NCBI GenBank assembly: GCA_000004985.1
Contig: GG738853.1
Strand: one strand, 5' to 3'
DNA length: 64,000 bases
Source of the DNA: Naegleria gruberi
Taxonomy: Eukaryota
The notes under the pieces are model-generated. The model was not told where the DNA came from, made no database searches, and was given only the letters and a program-made list of their open reading frames with translations. Shown here one piece after another: positions 1 through 11,501 of this stretch. How positions within the stretch are numbered: the stretch's first letter is position 1; every line of letters begins with the position of its first letter. A program made the translations under genes and the position numbers.

Positions 1-113
1 AGGGCAATTAACAAGGAAGTCTTCCACCACTTTGAGTCATACAAAGGAAATAAGTTTTAATAATTCGGAAGAGGTGGCTGTTATTTAAAAATCGAGAATT
101 ATTTGGGAATGTT

Positions 114-2336
114 ATGTGGATGGTGTTGATTTCGTGTATTGTGATGTTTGTGTCGATGCAACAACTTCAGTCATTCAACAGTGTTGCTGCCGCCTCCGAC
201 AATTCTACATTTAGTTGCAGTGTAATTGTAAATAATCAAGCGAATCAGAGTTTATCGGATAGGAATTGTTTGAATGGGGGTAAATGTGTTTTAGAGAAGG
301 GAATTTGTAATTGTACAAGTGGATTTACAGGATCAAATTGCTCTATTACCATTGTTGCACCTATTCCTCAGAGCACCATTAATGAAACAACAAAAAACGA
401 GACTAATTCAACCTCACTTGATAATACCAAGGATATTATCTCTAATACTACAAATAATAGCACAAATCCAGATAATAATATTGTCACTCCTCCAACTTGG
501 AAATGTGTTCAAGGCGTGAATTGTATATTTGGAAATTGTACTTCAGATGGAAAATTTTGTAATTGTAGTATTGAGGCATTTACAGTGAAAAATGAAACCC
601 TTGTAGATCCATTGGATATGGTTTATTGTAATTATAAGAACTGTCCAAATAATTGCTCAATGAATGGTGTTTGTGATTATAGTACTGGACAGTGCATATG
701 CTCTGAGCCTTATTTCAGTAATGATTGTTCTCTAAAGAATTGTACGGTATCATGCGTGAAAGGACAAGGAGATTGTGACTTTAATACTGGAAAATGCAAA
801 TGTAAAGACCCTTATTTTGGAAAAGATTGTTCCTCAATTCAGTGTGCAGATCCATCATGCAATTCTGTAGGAAGATGTAACCATAAGAAGGGATTGTGTG
901 AATGTGATGCTGACCATTTTGGAGATGCTTGTCAATTTTGGCTTTGTAAGAATAACTGTACACAACATGGATTTTGTAACACCACAACTTCACTGTGTTC
1001 ATGTGTTGGAGCCTGGACAGAAAGAGATTGTGGAGTCAATTCAAACGTTGTGGAGATGGGAAAGATCAAAGAAAGCTCAAGAATTATCGGTACTTTATTT
1101 GTATTCCTCGTCCCAATATCATTAGTTATTGGCTCATATTATGTGACATATTCCTACTTTGGAGGCTATTTCTTTTTGATAGTGGAGATTTTCCAATTCA
1201 TTGGTATAACCAGTTTGATTGGAAGTAATAGCCCAGCTCTCTATTTGAAATATTCCTCGTTTTTTGAGTGGTCAAACTTTTTATTTAGCACTGCTGAATC
1301 TGCTGTTGTTCAATCTGCTGCAGTAGAAATTGGTGATATTGTTGTTCGATCAGTAGAAGAGGAACGATTGCTCCTCTACAAATTAATTGGTATTTCATTT
1401 ATTGATAACTTGTAAGTTTACTCTCATTGAAATATTAATCATCTATTTAGTGTATTGATTACAACCTCAATCGCTATTGCCATTATGATTTCAGTTTCAC
1501 TAATCCTTATCAAAGTTATTAGAGAAAAGTATTCCGTTTACAATAACCAAGATATTGATGTAATGAAGGACAGAATATTCATTGTTTCTATTAGGTTATC
1601 CTTGCTTGTTTATTCTGGTATTAGTTTGAGTACATTTTATCAAATCAAAATGACCTTGCTTTCACAAGCTCCTATTGTGACACTTTTTACTGCTCTCTCA
1701 ATATTTGTGGCATTTGTTCTTGGTTTTCCCTTCTTGGCAAGTGTTGTACTCAAAGCCAACAGTGACAAGATTTGTCAAAATACTACACACAAAGACTCTC
1801 CATTTACTCCTCTCCACAATGAATTCAAACCAGCAACATATCAATTCTTATTAATAGTCCTCATTAAGAAATGCGCATTCTCATTTGTTATTGGATTTTT
1901 TGAGGGTATTGAGTTATTGATTGGTCTATTGTGTCTCCAAGTTACTTATTTATTTATTATTCTGATTCTTAGACCATATACCCAACCTGGAAGAAACACC
2001 ATTCAAATCATGGTTGAAGCTGTCAATTTATTCAACATTGTTGTATTGGTTCTATTCAATGCCTTTCCATTTAACTCATTTGCCTCAAATCTCCTTACCA
2101 TCATTACAATTTTCCTTCACTGCTGTATTATTATCCTTGCTGTTGTCATTTGCATCTTTGAAAAGAAGAGAAATACTGAAACAAATTCTTCTGGCTACAG
2201 AGCTGGTCTTTTAACAGAAGAAGAACTTGAAATTCAAGGAACTCACACCATTTTTGAAAGTGATTCTGAAGATGAAAGAGTCAATAATTTAGATTTACGA
2301 TCTGATTTTCATGAAATTGACCTAGATAATAAATAA
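114..2336 (+). CDS. EGF-like, cysteine-rich extracellular domain protein with a multi-pass transmembrane C-terminal half. Exon 1 is 114..1411 and exon 2 is 1451..2336.
   Basis: ORFs 114..1415 and 1455..2336 join in frame across a 39-nt intron. The donor is GTAAGT at 1412, the acceptor is AG at 1449-1450, and the exon ends in phase 2. There are many C-x-C and CxxxxC EGF-type spacings and N-glycosylation sites, followed by several hydrophobic helices. Confidence 0.6.
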
Positions 2337-2401
2337 ATCTAAACAACAACAATAATAAATAATTGGAAAGTTTAAAAATATTTTTTGTTGAATAATAAAA
2401 A

Positions 2402-2893
2402 ATGTTTGAAAGAACTAGAGTTTGTTTAGGAGGTTTGGTTTGGAAGCAAAAGCGATTCAATCAACTTCGTAAGAGAAGAGCCAGAGAATATCAAAATAGA
2501 GTTTTCAATGTTGAGGTAAGCATTTTGTGATTCCGAGGAGAGGAGTACTTACCCGAAATTTATCAAATTGATTGGAAATTAATTTTATATTTTGGATGAT
2601 AATTATTATTATTTGGAATGGAAAATATGAAATAACAACAATAATAATTGGAATCATTTCGACAATAATACCTGATGATGATGACGAATACTTACTTTTA
2701 TTTGAACAACAATAATTAGGACGAACTTAAACATCCATATGCTAGCTTTGCCCCACTCCAAAGAGATAACGGAACTTTGGCCAACTTTAACATCAACAAT
2801 ACTGCTCACCAAAACGAAGTTATCAATCGTATCAACAATGCTTTGAATTCCTCCATTAATAATTTCACTTCAATCTTCCCACGTAAACAATAA
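2402..2893 (+). CDS. Small two-exon protein of about 95 aa and unknown function, with a basic N-terminus (MFERTRVCLGGLVWKQKRFNQLRKRRAREYQNRVFNVE|DELKHPYASFAPLQRD...). Exon 1 is 2402..2515 and exon 2 is 2720..2893.
   Basis: ATG lies in an A-rich context. The donor GTAAGC is at 2516 and the acceptor AG at 2718-2719. Both exons are GC-richer than their flanks and the stop is TAA at 2891. No ORF-track entry covers it because it is split. Confidence 0.3.
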
Positions 2894-3208
2894 AACCCAA
2901 CAAACTAAGTTACACTAATAAAAATTGTGGATAATTTACTACTTTATAAACGAGGATACGGTGTACTGTGATAATAACAAAAACAATACTTTTATAATTT
3001 AAAATTTAATATTAAAAAAACAAAAAAGATTCGCTTTGGTTTTTTTAAAGCCAAAACATTCCGAGCACAAGAACAACAATATCGACACTGTACATAGAGT
3101 ATTATGATTGTATAAATTCTTCAACAGATCAGAGAGTGGATTAATTTGTTTTTTAAAAACCTGTACAACATCAACATCACTTTCTTCTACATATTGATAA
3201 TAATTATA

Positions 3209-4975
3209 ATGGATAAATTATTTAAATTAACAAATGATGAGTTGGATAGTATTAATCTAGTACAATATAAAAAGAAACTTTATCAATTCTTTAATGTCCA
3301 ACAAAATCCTCATGAAAAATCAGCAATTGCTCTCCATATTGAAAGTGTAATATTACCAACCACACAAAATGTATTAAATTATCCTCCTAAACATATTGGA
3401 GAAATTATAACAGAAACACAATTGATAGATCTGTGGAAGAGAAGATTATTATGTTATTTGTATTTGTTTTATGTGGATAACATTCATCCATTACTGTTTC
3501 AGATTGTTCATCATTTGAATTTCTCTATGAATTATTCTTCATCAATGAGTTTGCAACAGATAATTTGGAGTGGAGCCCAACATTTTCCTCCAGAAAGAAG
3601 AAATTGCATTCTTATTGAACTTAATTTACTATTGAGATTAGTTTCCCTTTCATTTAATATCTCCTCCTCTTCTGAATATATAGCTCTCCATGAAATTTCT
3701 GAATATGTTTCAGAAATTAATCTAAATAATCCTGATATACAATGGTTGAAAAAAGCGACTCTAAATTCACTTTTCTCAAGAGAAAATAGTGATGAAGTGT
3801 ATCTTTTCCAACAAATTCAATTCTTGGCAACATCAACCCTTTTAGCCAAAGTTAATGAATTGAGATTACAACATGATTTATTTTCTCTGAAAGGGACAAA
3901 AAATCATGGATTATTCCCAAAGTTGCTTAATGATAAGCAATTTCCATCTCCTAGCAAGCCAACCTATTTCAATTCACCTCCCTTATCTAATTCATTAGTT
4001 GGATTTGAAGAATCTTTAAATAATACTATCACCATATCTCCACTTTCAAAGTTCGAGGCGAAATTTTATCGACCAACCCCACCACTTTTAGAATTTAATC
4101 CTGATTACGAATTTTTATGGATTAATGATGTCAATACATATTCCACCACTAGTTTCACTAATGAAATGAAACAAAACACTGCAGAATTTAAATTAGATCC
4201 TAAATTAGATATTGATAATACTCATCTATTCTGTCTGTATGAGCTAAACTCTACTAATAAGGGAGGGTTTATGAGCTCAAATCACCAACGAAGTCAGCAA
4301 CAATCATCAGTAAGCTCTTCCGAAACCTCTAATTCCTCACAATCTAGTAATGATGGTTTAGTACTAATGAAGCGAGGAAAGACTACTCAAGAAAACGAAA
4401 TGAACGAGCTGTTTTCCAAGGCTTTCAAACAACAGCTTCAACCAGTGCAGATCAAGTACTTGCTGCAAAACTTTGATAAGCTTACCATGTTAACAGATTT
4501 ACTGACTCCAAATAGACTTACAGATTTGGTAAAAAACAATAGAGAAGTTGCAAGCAAATGTCTTCAAGTATTGATACATTCGAATAATAAGCGTTTGGAT
4601 GAATATCTTTCTGTTCTAGTATCTATTCCAGTATCTCTACAATTATTGGAAGCTGTAAATAATCTGCTAAATAAGACAGACAAAATTACTACAGGGATTT
4701 TCACCAAAAATTTAGAAGATTCCAACAGCTCTTCATATTTACACATTCTTCTAAGGAATTGTATCACACACTGTAATCAATCCATGCAAGATCCTCCATC
4801 TCAAACAAGAAAAGTAAGATTAATTTGTGTTTTCGTTCAAAGGCTTATAAGAGAAGAAATTCTAGTTGTAAACCATGACGATTTCATATTTATGGAACTT
4901 CAAAGTTTCTGTATCGAGTTTATGAAAATTAAGGAAGCAGCAGATCTCTTCCAATTACTGAAAGAAAAGATCTAA
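3209..4975 (+). CDS. Conserved-looking soluble protein of about 588 aa and unknown function. A weak, unconfirmed guess is a CNOT11-like protein.
   Basis: A long single ORF (3146..4975) has its first good ATG at 3209 (MDKLFKLTNDE). It is a leucine-rich helical protein with an S/Q-rich linker. Confidence 0.45.
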   Translation: MDKLFKLTNDELDSINLVQYKKKLYQFFNVQQNPHEKSAIALHIESVILPTTQNVLNYPPKHIGEIITETQLIDLWKRRLLCYLYLFYVDNIHPLLFQIVHHLNFSMNYSSSMSLQQIIWSGAQHFPPERRNCILIELNLLLRLVSLSFNISSSSEYIALHEISEYVSEINLNNPDIQWLKKATLNSLFSRENSDEVYLFQQIQFLATSTLLAKVNELRLQHDLFSLKGTKNHGLFPKLLNDKQFPSPSKPTYFNSPPLSNSLVGFEESLNNTITISPLSKFEAKFYRPTPPLLEFNPDYEFLWINDVNTYSTTSFTNEMKQNTAEFKLDPKLDIDNTHLFCLYELNSTNKGGFMSSNHQRSQQQSSVSSSETSNSSQSSNDGLVLMKRGKTTQENEMNELFSKAFKQQLQPVQIKYLLQNFDKLTMLTDLLTPNRLTDLVKNNREVASKCLQVLIHSNNKRLDEYLSVLVSIPVSLQLLEAVNNLLNKTDKITTGIFTKNLEDSNSSSYLHILLRNCITHCNQSMQDPPSQTRKVRLICVFVQRLIREEILVVNHDDFIFMELQSFCIEFMKIKEAADLFQLLKEKI

Positions 4976-4994
4976 TAAAAATTTTCAGAACAAC

Positions 4995-5966
4995 CTAATC
5001 ACTTTCATAATCACTTTCAAAATCGCTGTCAAATTCACCACCAAAGTCATCATCAAAATCAGCAAAAATGTTATCTCTTTTAAGTGCAGATGGATGGGTA
5101 GCATTTCTACGATATTCCACTTTTCCTGAACCTGAAAATGTAGCTCCAATTATTGGTTGACAAGATTTGGATTTCCATTCACCAAGAGGCTTTTCTGAAC
5201 AAAATGCCCTATTCACATAGACAACAAATCTACTTCCCTTAAAATCATACCAAACACTGATAACTCCTCCTCCCATAAGAGGTGCTTGGCAACCATACAT
5301 TATGGAATCCTTAATATTAGTTTCTATCCAGATTACAATTTAAATTATTTTAATAAATCTTACCTGAAACAAATCCAATGTGGAACCCCTTTAAATTTCC
5401 TGTAATTTCAAATTCAAAATAATACCTGTGTGTATCAGATCCATAACTGGTTTGTGATGGCTTAATGGTAAAATCCAAAATTCCACTAGCAACATTACGA
5501 TATGGTCTGACAATAGTGGACTGAACAGTTCCAGACAGTTTTTCTTCATCCTTGAATTTCATAATAGAAAATTGCATATCCAAAAGATTATCAAATAAGT
5601 GTTGAAGGTTATAAAATTTTGCTTCCTCTTTAAATTCATCAATATTTTCCTCATCTCTAACTTTCTCGTAAAACAAGCAACAATCCAAAAAATCCAAGCT
5701 TTGAAATTTCAGATAGAATTTTTCACTAATTAAACTTACATGTATTGAAAAAAGTGGCTTTTTCTCTTTGGTATTTTAATAGTGTTCGTTTTAGAGTTGG
5801 AAAGCAAATTTTCAAAATATTCATAACCTTCAAACCATTCTCTGTTTGCTTCAAAGGTTTTTCCATCATCAAATACTATTTTGACTTGTTCGGAATTAGA
5901 GGATAACAAGTCATCATTCTTTCTCTTCTTGGATGTAGAATCATTAGATAAGGCCTTTCTTTTCAT
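4995..5966 (-). CDS. BTB/POZ (KCTD-like T1 domain) protein. Exons are 5966..5740, 5698..5364 and 5324..4995.
   Basis: Three minus-strand ORFs join in frame through GTAAGT and GTAAGA introns. The sequence IVFDDGKTFEANREWFEGYEYFENLL...FFQYILDFLDCCLFY matches the K-channel tetramerisation-type BTB fold, and the C-terminal tail is acidic. Confidence 0.6.
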
Positions 5967-6116
5967 TTTTTTAATTCATATTCTGTAGGAAATTAACAAG
6001 GCACTATTTTGCTGAAAAATTTAGTGCTGATTAATTTCGTGAGAATTTAAATTTTAATTTTGTTTTTATTATGCCATTCTTGGAAATGGTATTTAAATAA
6101 ATAATCTAAAAATGAT

Positions 6117-7922
6117 TTAGTTTGAGACTACGTCATCAATCTTCAAAAGCATTCTAACTAACTCGGTAGATAAAGCGATAGCACTCAATGTTGTCAGTGT
6201 TGGTTGGATAACATTTTCTTCAACCATATCTGAAATCAAACCCTTCTTAACATTGATACCGGCATTCTTTTCACCGTGCATATGTCTATTTTTGAGTTCA
6301 GTAACAATCTTAATTGGTGACAGACCTGCGTTTTCAGCAAGAGTGGTTGGAATGACTTCCAAACTTTCACCGTATTCACGAACACAATATTGAATAGCAC
6401 CTCTGAGAGTCTTTGAGTATTCAACAAGTCCTAGAGAAATTTCAGTTTCTGGAGCAGAACCACCAGCAATGATACTCTTCTTCTTAACCAAACTTCTAAC
6501 AACGCACAAAGCATCATGGAGGGATCTTTCAGCTTCATCGAGCATCAACTTGTTTGAAGATCTAACCAAACAAGTGACAGTCTTACCTTGAGATGGAATA
6601 CCAGTAATCTTGACAATTCTACCATCACCAGTGTTAACTTCTTCAACTAATCCAGCAGATCCGAGCTTTTCCTTCTTGAATGAATCAATAGAAGAAATTG
6701 GCTTACAGTTCAAAGTCTTTGAAATGAATTCAACATCCTTTCTATCAATATCTTGAATGACCATAATACCCATCTTGGCCAAAAAGTGCAATGACATATC
6801 AGTGGTGGCATCTCTCAAAATAGACTTTTGAATCAAGAGAACATTACATCCTTCCTTCTTGATTTGCTTACAGAGATTGAGCAAATAAGCTCTTTCTTCT
6901 CTCAAAATTCTATCAATTTGTGTATAGTCAGTAATGACAACATTGTTTTCCATATCAGTCTTTGGTGGTGACAATTGGAATTGAATCAAACCAATCTTGG
7001 CATCCTTGATAGAAGTTGGACCACCAGCAGACTTTCTAGTACCTTGATCCAAAACCAAACCTTCAATCAATTCAGTTTCTTCAAGAAGACCTCCCAACTT
7101 TTTAACAATCTTGATATCGTTCAAATCTACATTGGATGCATCCTTTGATTCAACAACACGGAGAACAGCATCAACAGCTAATGGAGCCAAAACATCGGCA
7201 TATTGGTAAACAACCTTTGAACTCAAGGAAGTCTTAGCAGACTTAATCATATTTTCACGATCAGTTAAATCCACTTTAGTAGACATATTATCGAGAATTT
7301 CTTCAGCTTTATCCACACACAATTTGAAAGCATCAGAAATTGTAGTTGGGTGAATACCTCTATCGAGCAAGTTTTGACAAGCAGCAAGCAAAGCTCCAGC
7401 CATAACGACAACGGTAGTAGTACCATCACCAGCTTCAATATCTTGTGATTTTGACAAGGAAACTAACATTTTAGCAGCTGGGTGAGTTGGCTTCATCTTA
7501 TCCAAAATTGTTGCACCATCGTTGGTAATAATGACTTCATCTTTAGGGAGGACAATCATCTTATCCATACCCTTTGGTCCTAAACTAGTTCTGACGGAAT
7601 CAGCCAAAGCTATAATAATGTTGATAATAATGCAAAGTTTTCGGATTTGGATGATGATAATGTTGTTGTTGTTGTTAGTGATGATGCAATTCAATGATGA
7701 TGAATAATATCAAATAGATAAGACAAGTTAATCCATCAAACAATCAATCCACAAAAATACAAATGTATAATTAGTTTCAAAGTTATGATTTTGATTCTTA
7801 CCCTTGGCGGCTTCAATATTTGAGTAACGGACATCCTTTCCTCTTTCCTTTTCATTGACATTGGTTTCACCTTTACCTCTTTGGAAGTTTTGTGTTGGAG
7901 TGGCACCTTGTGTTTGAGACAT
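6117..7922 (-). CDS. cct4: T-complex protein 1 subunit delta (CCT4). Exon 1 is 7922..7802 and exon 2 is 7609..6117.
   Basis: [17 protein letters not shown]...ITNDGATIL...GDGTTTVVV are chaperonin signatures with best recall match to CCT delta. The 5' exon (MSQTQGATP...EAAKG) joins via a GTAAGA donor and a TATAG acceptor to give ...[18 protein letters not shown]. Confidence 0.85.
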
Positions 7923-8478
7923 TTTTTGTATGTTGATGTATAAAGGCTCCCAGGTGTTGTGATTTGTTAAATTTTTTTAATTTTATTAAATGAGGTACGG
8001 AAGCTTGGCGGAAGTTTGTTGTAATTTGAGAGGTTTTGTATGATGAGTGTATTCAACTCAAGTTGTCTTGTATCGATATTTGCATAGGAAACAATATGGT
8101 TTTGTAGTACAAACACATTCAATGTATTTTGGAATGAGGTTTATTAATTTTGTATGATGAAATAATTTTTTTCTTTACTTTCAGCATTCAAGAATATTCA
8201 TTATTTCAAAGTTTTCTACTACCTTTAAATCAATAATGCTCGTTTAGGAATGTTGGGTAGGATATCAAATTATGGTGTGTTAGCCAAAATACATTCAAAT
8301 TTTTCTTCCTCATGGTCAAGTTGTCAACCATATTAATAACTATTGATAATTTTATGATTATTTACCATTCAGAACTATGAATGTTAGGTCTTGGATGTGG
8401 ACAGTTAGTGAGATTGAAAATAAAGAGATTTCATTCGGTTTGTATTGTTCACATTTAAATTGAGATTTATTGGAAAAT

Positions 8479-9234
8479 TTAGTTTTGATTTTCAAGCCAA
8501 GTTTCCTTGATAATCTTAATAGTATCATTGAAAGTCTTAACAGAGTGACCAACAGTACGTTCGTGTGAGAAAATTTCATAATCATTTCCACCTGGTGAAG
8601 TCTTATCACCAAAGAAGTGAATTTCATCGAAACTATCTTGAACGTATTGTAAGCAGAAAGTCTTATCCCATCCTTCTGGGAAAACATCAAAACTGATTTG
8701 ACCACCAATACTATATTTGAGATTGTAATCCTTAAACTTTTCTTGTAATTGTTGAACAAGTTTGGCTCTGATTTGATGTTGATGATCATACTTTTCATAG
8801 TCATCTCTTTCTTCTTGAGAACAATTTCTTCCGATTGGAGAAACATTGAACATTCCCTTTCTGAATTCAATAAAAGTTCCTCTCTTAACAGGAATATCAA
8901 TATCAGCAAGAGCTCTGAGTGTATAGTTTACAAATTCCTTAATTCTATCCTCTCCGAGATAATCCTTGATAGAAGTAACTTTAATAAGTTTACCTGATCC
9001 ATAAGCAACAAGTCCATTCTCAGAAAATACATAATCAAAATCATTCAAAATATTTTCTCCCATTTGTTCATATTGTTTGGCCAAATCGGAACCACCAACA
9101 ATACCAACAGCAACTCCAGATTGTTTTAATTTCATCAAGGTATCGTACATTTCGGTGGTGACTTTGTTTCTAGGAACAGTCAAGGTTCCATCAACATCGA
9201 ACAAGGCTAAGACTCTCTTGGACATTTTTTTCAT
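8479..9234 (-). CDS. pmmA: Phosphomannomutase.
   Basis: LFDVDGTLT is the HAD motif I and the protein is PMM-family throughout (GGSD..., [20 protein letters not shown]). It is a single exon. Confidence 0.85.
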   Translation of the reverse strand: MKKMSKRVLALFDVDGTLTVPRNKVTTEMYDTLMKLKQSGVAVGIVGGSDLAKQYEQMGENILNDFDYVFSENGLVAYGSGKLIKVTSIKDYLGEDRIKEFVNYTLRALADIDIPVKRGTFIEFRKGMFNVSPIGRNCSQEERDDYEKYDHQHQIRAKLVQQLQEKFKDYNLKYSIGGQISFDVFPEGWDKTFCLQYVQDSFDEIHFFGDKTSPGGNDYEIFSHERTVGHSVKTFNDTIKIIKETWLENQN

Positions 9235-9607
9235 TTGATTTTTTAATTGTCGTGTTCATTCGATAAGTTTTTAAACAGAAGTGGTAATAGAACAAGAATA
9301 ATAGAAAGACTCTTGTTAGATAAATACTCTCTAAATTCAAGAACACGATTTTCATATTATTTCCACGTGTTTGATATGTCTGATTGGAAGATGATGAATA
9401 CGTTTTCATACGTTGTTTAATTGACAAGCTTGAAGATTCGTGAGAAAGATATCTTATTATTATTGGGAGAACACGTGTGATTCTTAATAAGAATGTTATC
9501 ATCATCGGAAAACAATTAACAATGTATTTACATTTAAAATACCACAAAGATGGTGATGTTTGCTAAGTTTATGTACAAGACCCTATCTATTATTATTTAA
9601 AATTAAT

Positions 9608-9937
9608 TTACTTCTTAGTCTCCAAAGCCTTGGCCAACATGGACTTGAGTTCTTCAACTTCATTCTTCAACTTGGAAATGTCATCGACATTCTTCTTGTT
9701 GTGAGTTTCAAGTTCTTGCTTGACTTGTTTCTTGACTTCTTCAGTCTTGATATCCATCTTCTTTCCTTGTTGATCAGCCCACTTCAACAACAATTCATAG
9801 TCGTGCTTAGCAGCGTACTTTTCTTCTTCAGAAGTTTCCTTTTCATCAACAGACTTTCCTCTGACGATTGGAGTAGCACAGAATCTACCTCTTTGGACAA
9901 TGACGGCAGCTCTTCTAGTAAGATTAATCAAGGACAT
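9608..9937 (-). CDS. Small mitochondrial coiled-coil protein, possibly the F1-ATPase inhibitor IF1.
   Basis: It is 109 aa with an N-terminal presequence (MSLINLTRRAAVIVQRGRF), then EEEKYAAK and a long K/E-rich coiled coil. Codon usage is strongly G/C-ending (AAG, GTC), typical of highly expressed genes. The opposite-strand ORF 9560..9946 is an antisense artefact. Confidence 0.5.
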   Translation of the reverse strand: MSLINLTRRAAVIVQRGRFCATPIVRGKSVDEKETSEEEKYAAKHDYELLLKWADQQGKKMDIKTEEVKKQVKQELETHNKKNVDDISKLKNEVEELKSMLAKALETKK

Positions 9938-10292
9938 TTTTTTTAATTTTTATTGTTGTAAAAATTAAAATTATTTGTGATGGCATAAAACATTAGTTTC
10001 AATTTTGGTACCTAATTATAAATAGTAGTATTATTTGAGTGTAATATTAACAATTATAAATTTATTTAATTGAGAAATTGTTAACAACTTTATTCAATAA
10101 ATTTGTAAAAATTCAAGTTCCAAGTAAGTACTAATTTTTCTAAAATATTATTTTAGAAATTATTGTTGTAATCTTGTTATTATAATAACTGATCAAATTG
10201 AAAAAGACAAAACGTGAGAGAAGAACACATTATCGATTGCACTGGTCGATCAAATATCTCCTCTTTTCAAACACAAATAAAATTACAAAAAA

Positions 10293-11501
10293 ATGTCTCT
10301 AACTAAAACCTCTGTAAATTTACCTTCGGTGTTTGCTATTCGACCTGAGGTTCGCGTAAAGTTTTTTGATCGTAAATATGAACTTGCCCAAAGGTATGGA
10401 GAAGATAATGTGGTAGAAATTTCGGATACACCAAGGACAAGTTCTCAGCAGTCTGTTGTCTACAACAACAAAATGTTTATTTTTGGAGGAAGAAGTGATT
10501 CGGATGATGTATTTATGTATGATATGAACGAGAATGTGATGGAACGTTTATATGTGAAGGGAACACCTCCAAAAATCAGATTGTATCATAGCATGAATCT
10601 TGATATTAGTAGAGATTGTTTCTATCTTTTTGGAGGAGTTTCTACAAAAAATTCATCTTTATATTTTGCTGATTTATTCAAATTTGATCTGCTTAAATTA
10701 TCTTGGGAAGAGATTAGACAGGATTGTACTTCATTTAAAAAAGATTCATTGGCACTTACTCAGCCAAATCTATACACACCTGTTACTGTTCTTGATTCTA
10801 GATCTGGGCATGTTGGTGCCTATAGAGAGTGTTCAGATACTCTTATAGTATTTGGTGGTTTGAAGAATGGAAACAAAACTAATGATCTTCACGTTTTTGC
10901 TTTTAGTGAGAAAAAGTGGTACAAATATACTCCGATCAATAATGATGTTGTTACTCCGAGATCCTATTGCAATGGACAATATTGCAAGGGAAGTGATGAA
11001 TTAATTGTGTTTGGTGGTGACACACCTTCCTCTCTTACTGGTGACACATTTATTTTGAATTTAACTACTCACTTTTGGACAAAACTTATTATTAATAATC
11101 CTTCTGATACAATGCATACATTCCCACCAGTATTTGGTCATACATCAATAATGGTAGATTTTAAAGGACCACCTTTCTTTTTGATTGCATATGGAGGAAC
11201 TTCAAAGAGCTCACTAAATATTTGTTACTTATTGGATATCACCAACAGAAAATGGACATGCCTTAATAGAGACGATATCAACTTTCCAAAATTGAATTGT
11301 TGCTGTTTAGGATTTCATGGAAATTCAATGTTTCTCTATGGTGGAAGAGATGAAAGTGGACAAAAAACCAATACTTTGCACTCTGTTGGTTTACATGTGC
11401 CAAGTGTAATTTTACGAATTTTCCCAAGAATGGACATAATTATAGAGAATCAATTCAAACTTCTGAGTGATATTACTATCAAATATGAGAGTTTATATTA
11501 A
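10293..11501 (+). CDS. Kelch-repeat (beta-propeller) protein.
   Basis: There are six recurring FGG/YGG blade motifs (FIFGGRSD, YLFGGVS, IVFGGL, IVFGGD, IAYGGT, FLYGGRD). Confidence 0.6.
   Translation: MSLTKTSVNLPSVFAIRPEVRVKFFDRKYELAQRYGEDNVVEISDTPRTSSQQSVVYNNKMFIFGGRSDSDDVFMYDMNENVMERLYVKGTPPKIRLYHSMNLDISRDCFYLFGGVSTKNSSLYFADLFKFDLLKLSWEEIRQDCTSFKKDSLALTQPNLYTPVTVLDSRSGHVGAYRECSDTLIVFGGLKNGNKTNDLHVFAFSEKKWYKYTPINNDVVTPRSYCNGQYCKGSDELIVFGGDTPSSLTGDTFILNLTTHFWTKLIINNPSDTMHTFPPVFGHTSIMVDFKGPPFFLIAYGGTSKSSLNICYLLDITNRKWTCLNRDDINFPKLNCCCLGFHGNSMFLYGGRDESGQKTNTLHSVGLHVPSVILRIFPRMDIIIENQFKLLSDITIKYESLY

Noticed and set aside
3146-4975. Assignment of the 3209..4975 protein to CNOT11.
   Set aside because: It rests only on a vague resemblance of the C-terminal helical region. 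I could not recall a diagnostic motif, so the gene is left as a protein of unknown function.
9560-9946. ORF on the plus strand antisense to the IF1-like gene.
   Set aside because: It is the mirror of a strongly codon-biased minus-strand gene, so the minus strand was called.
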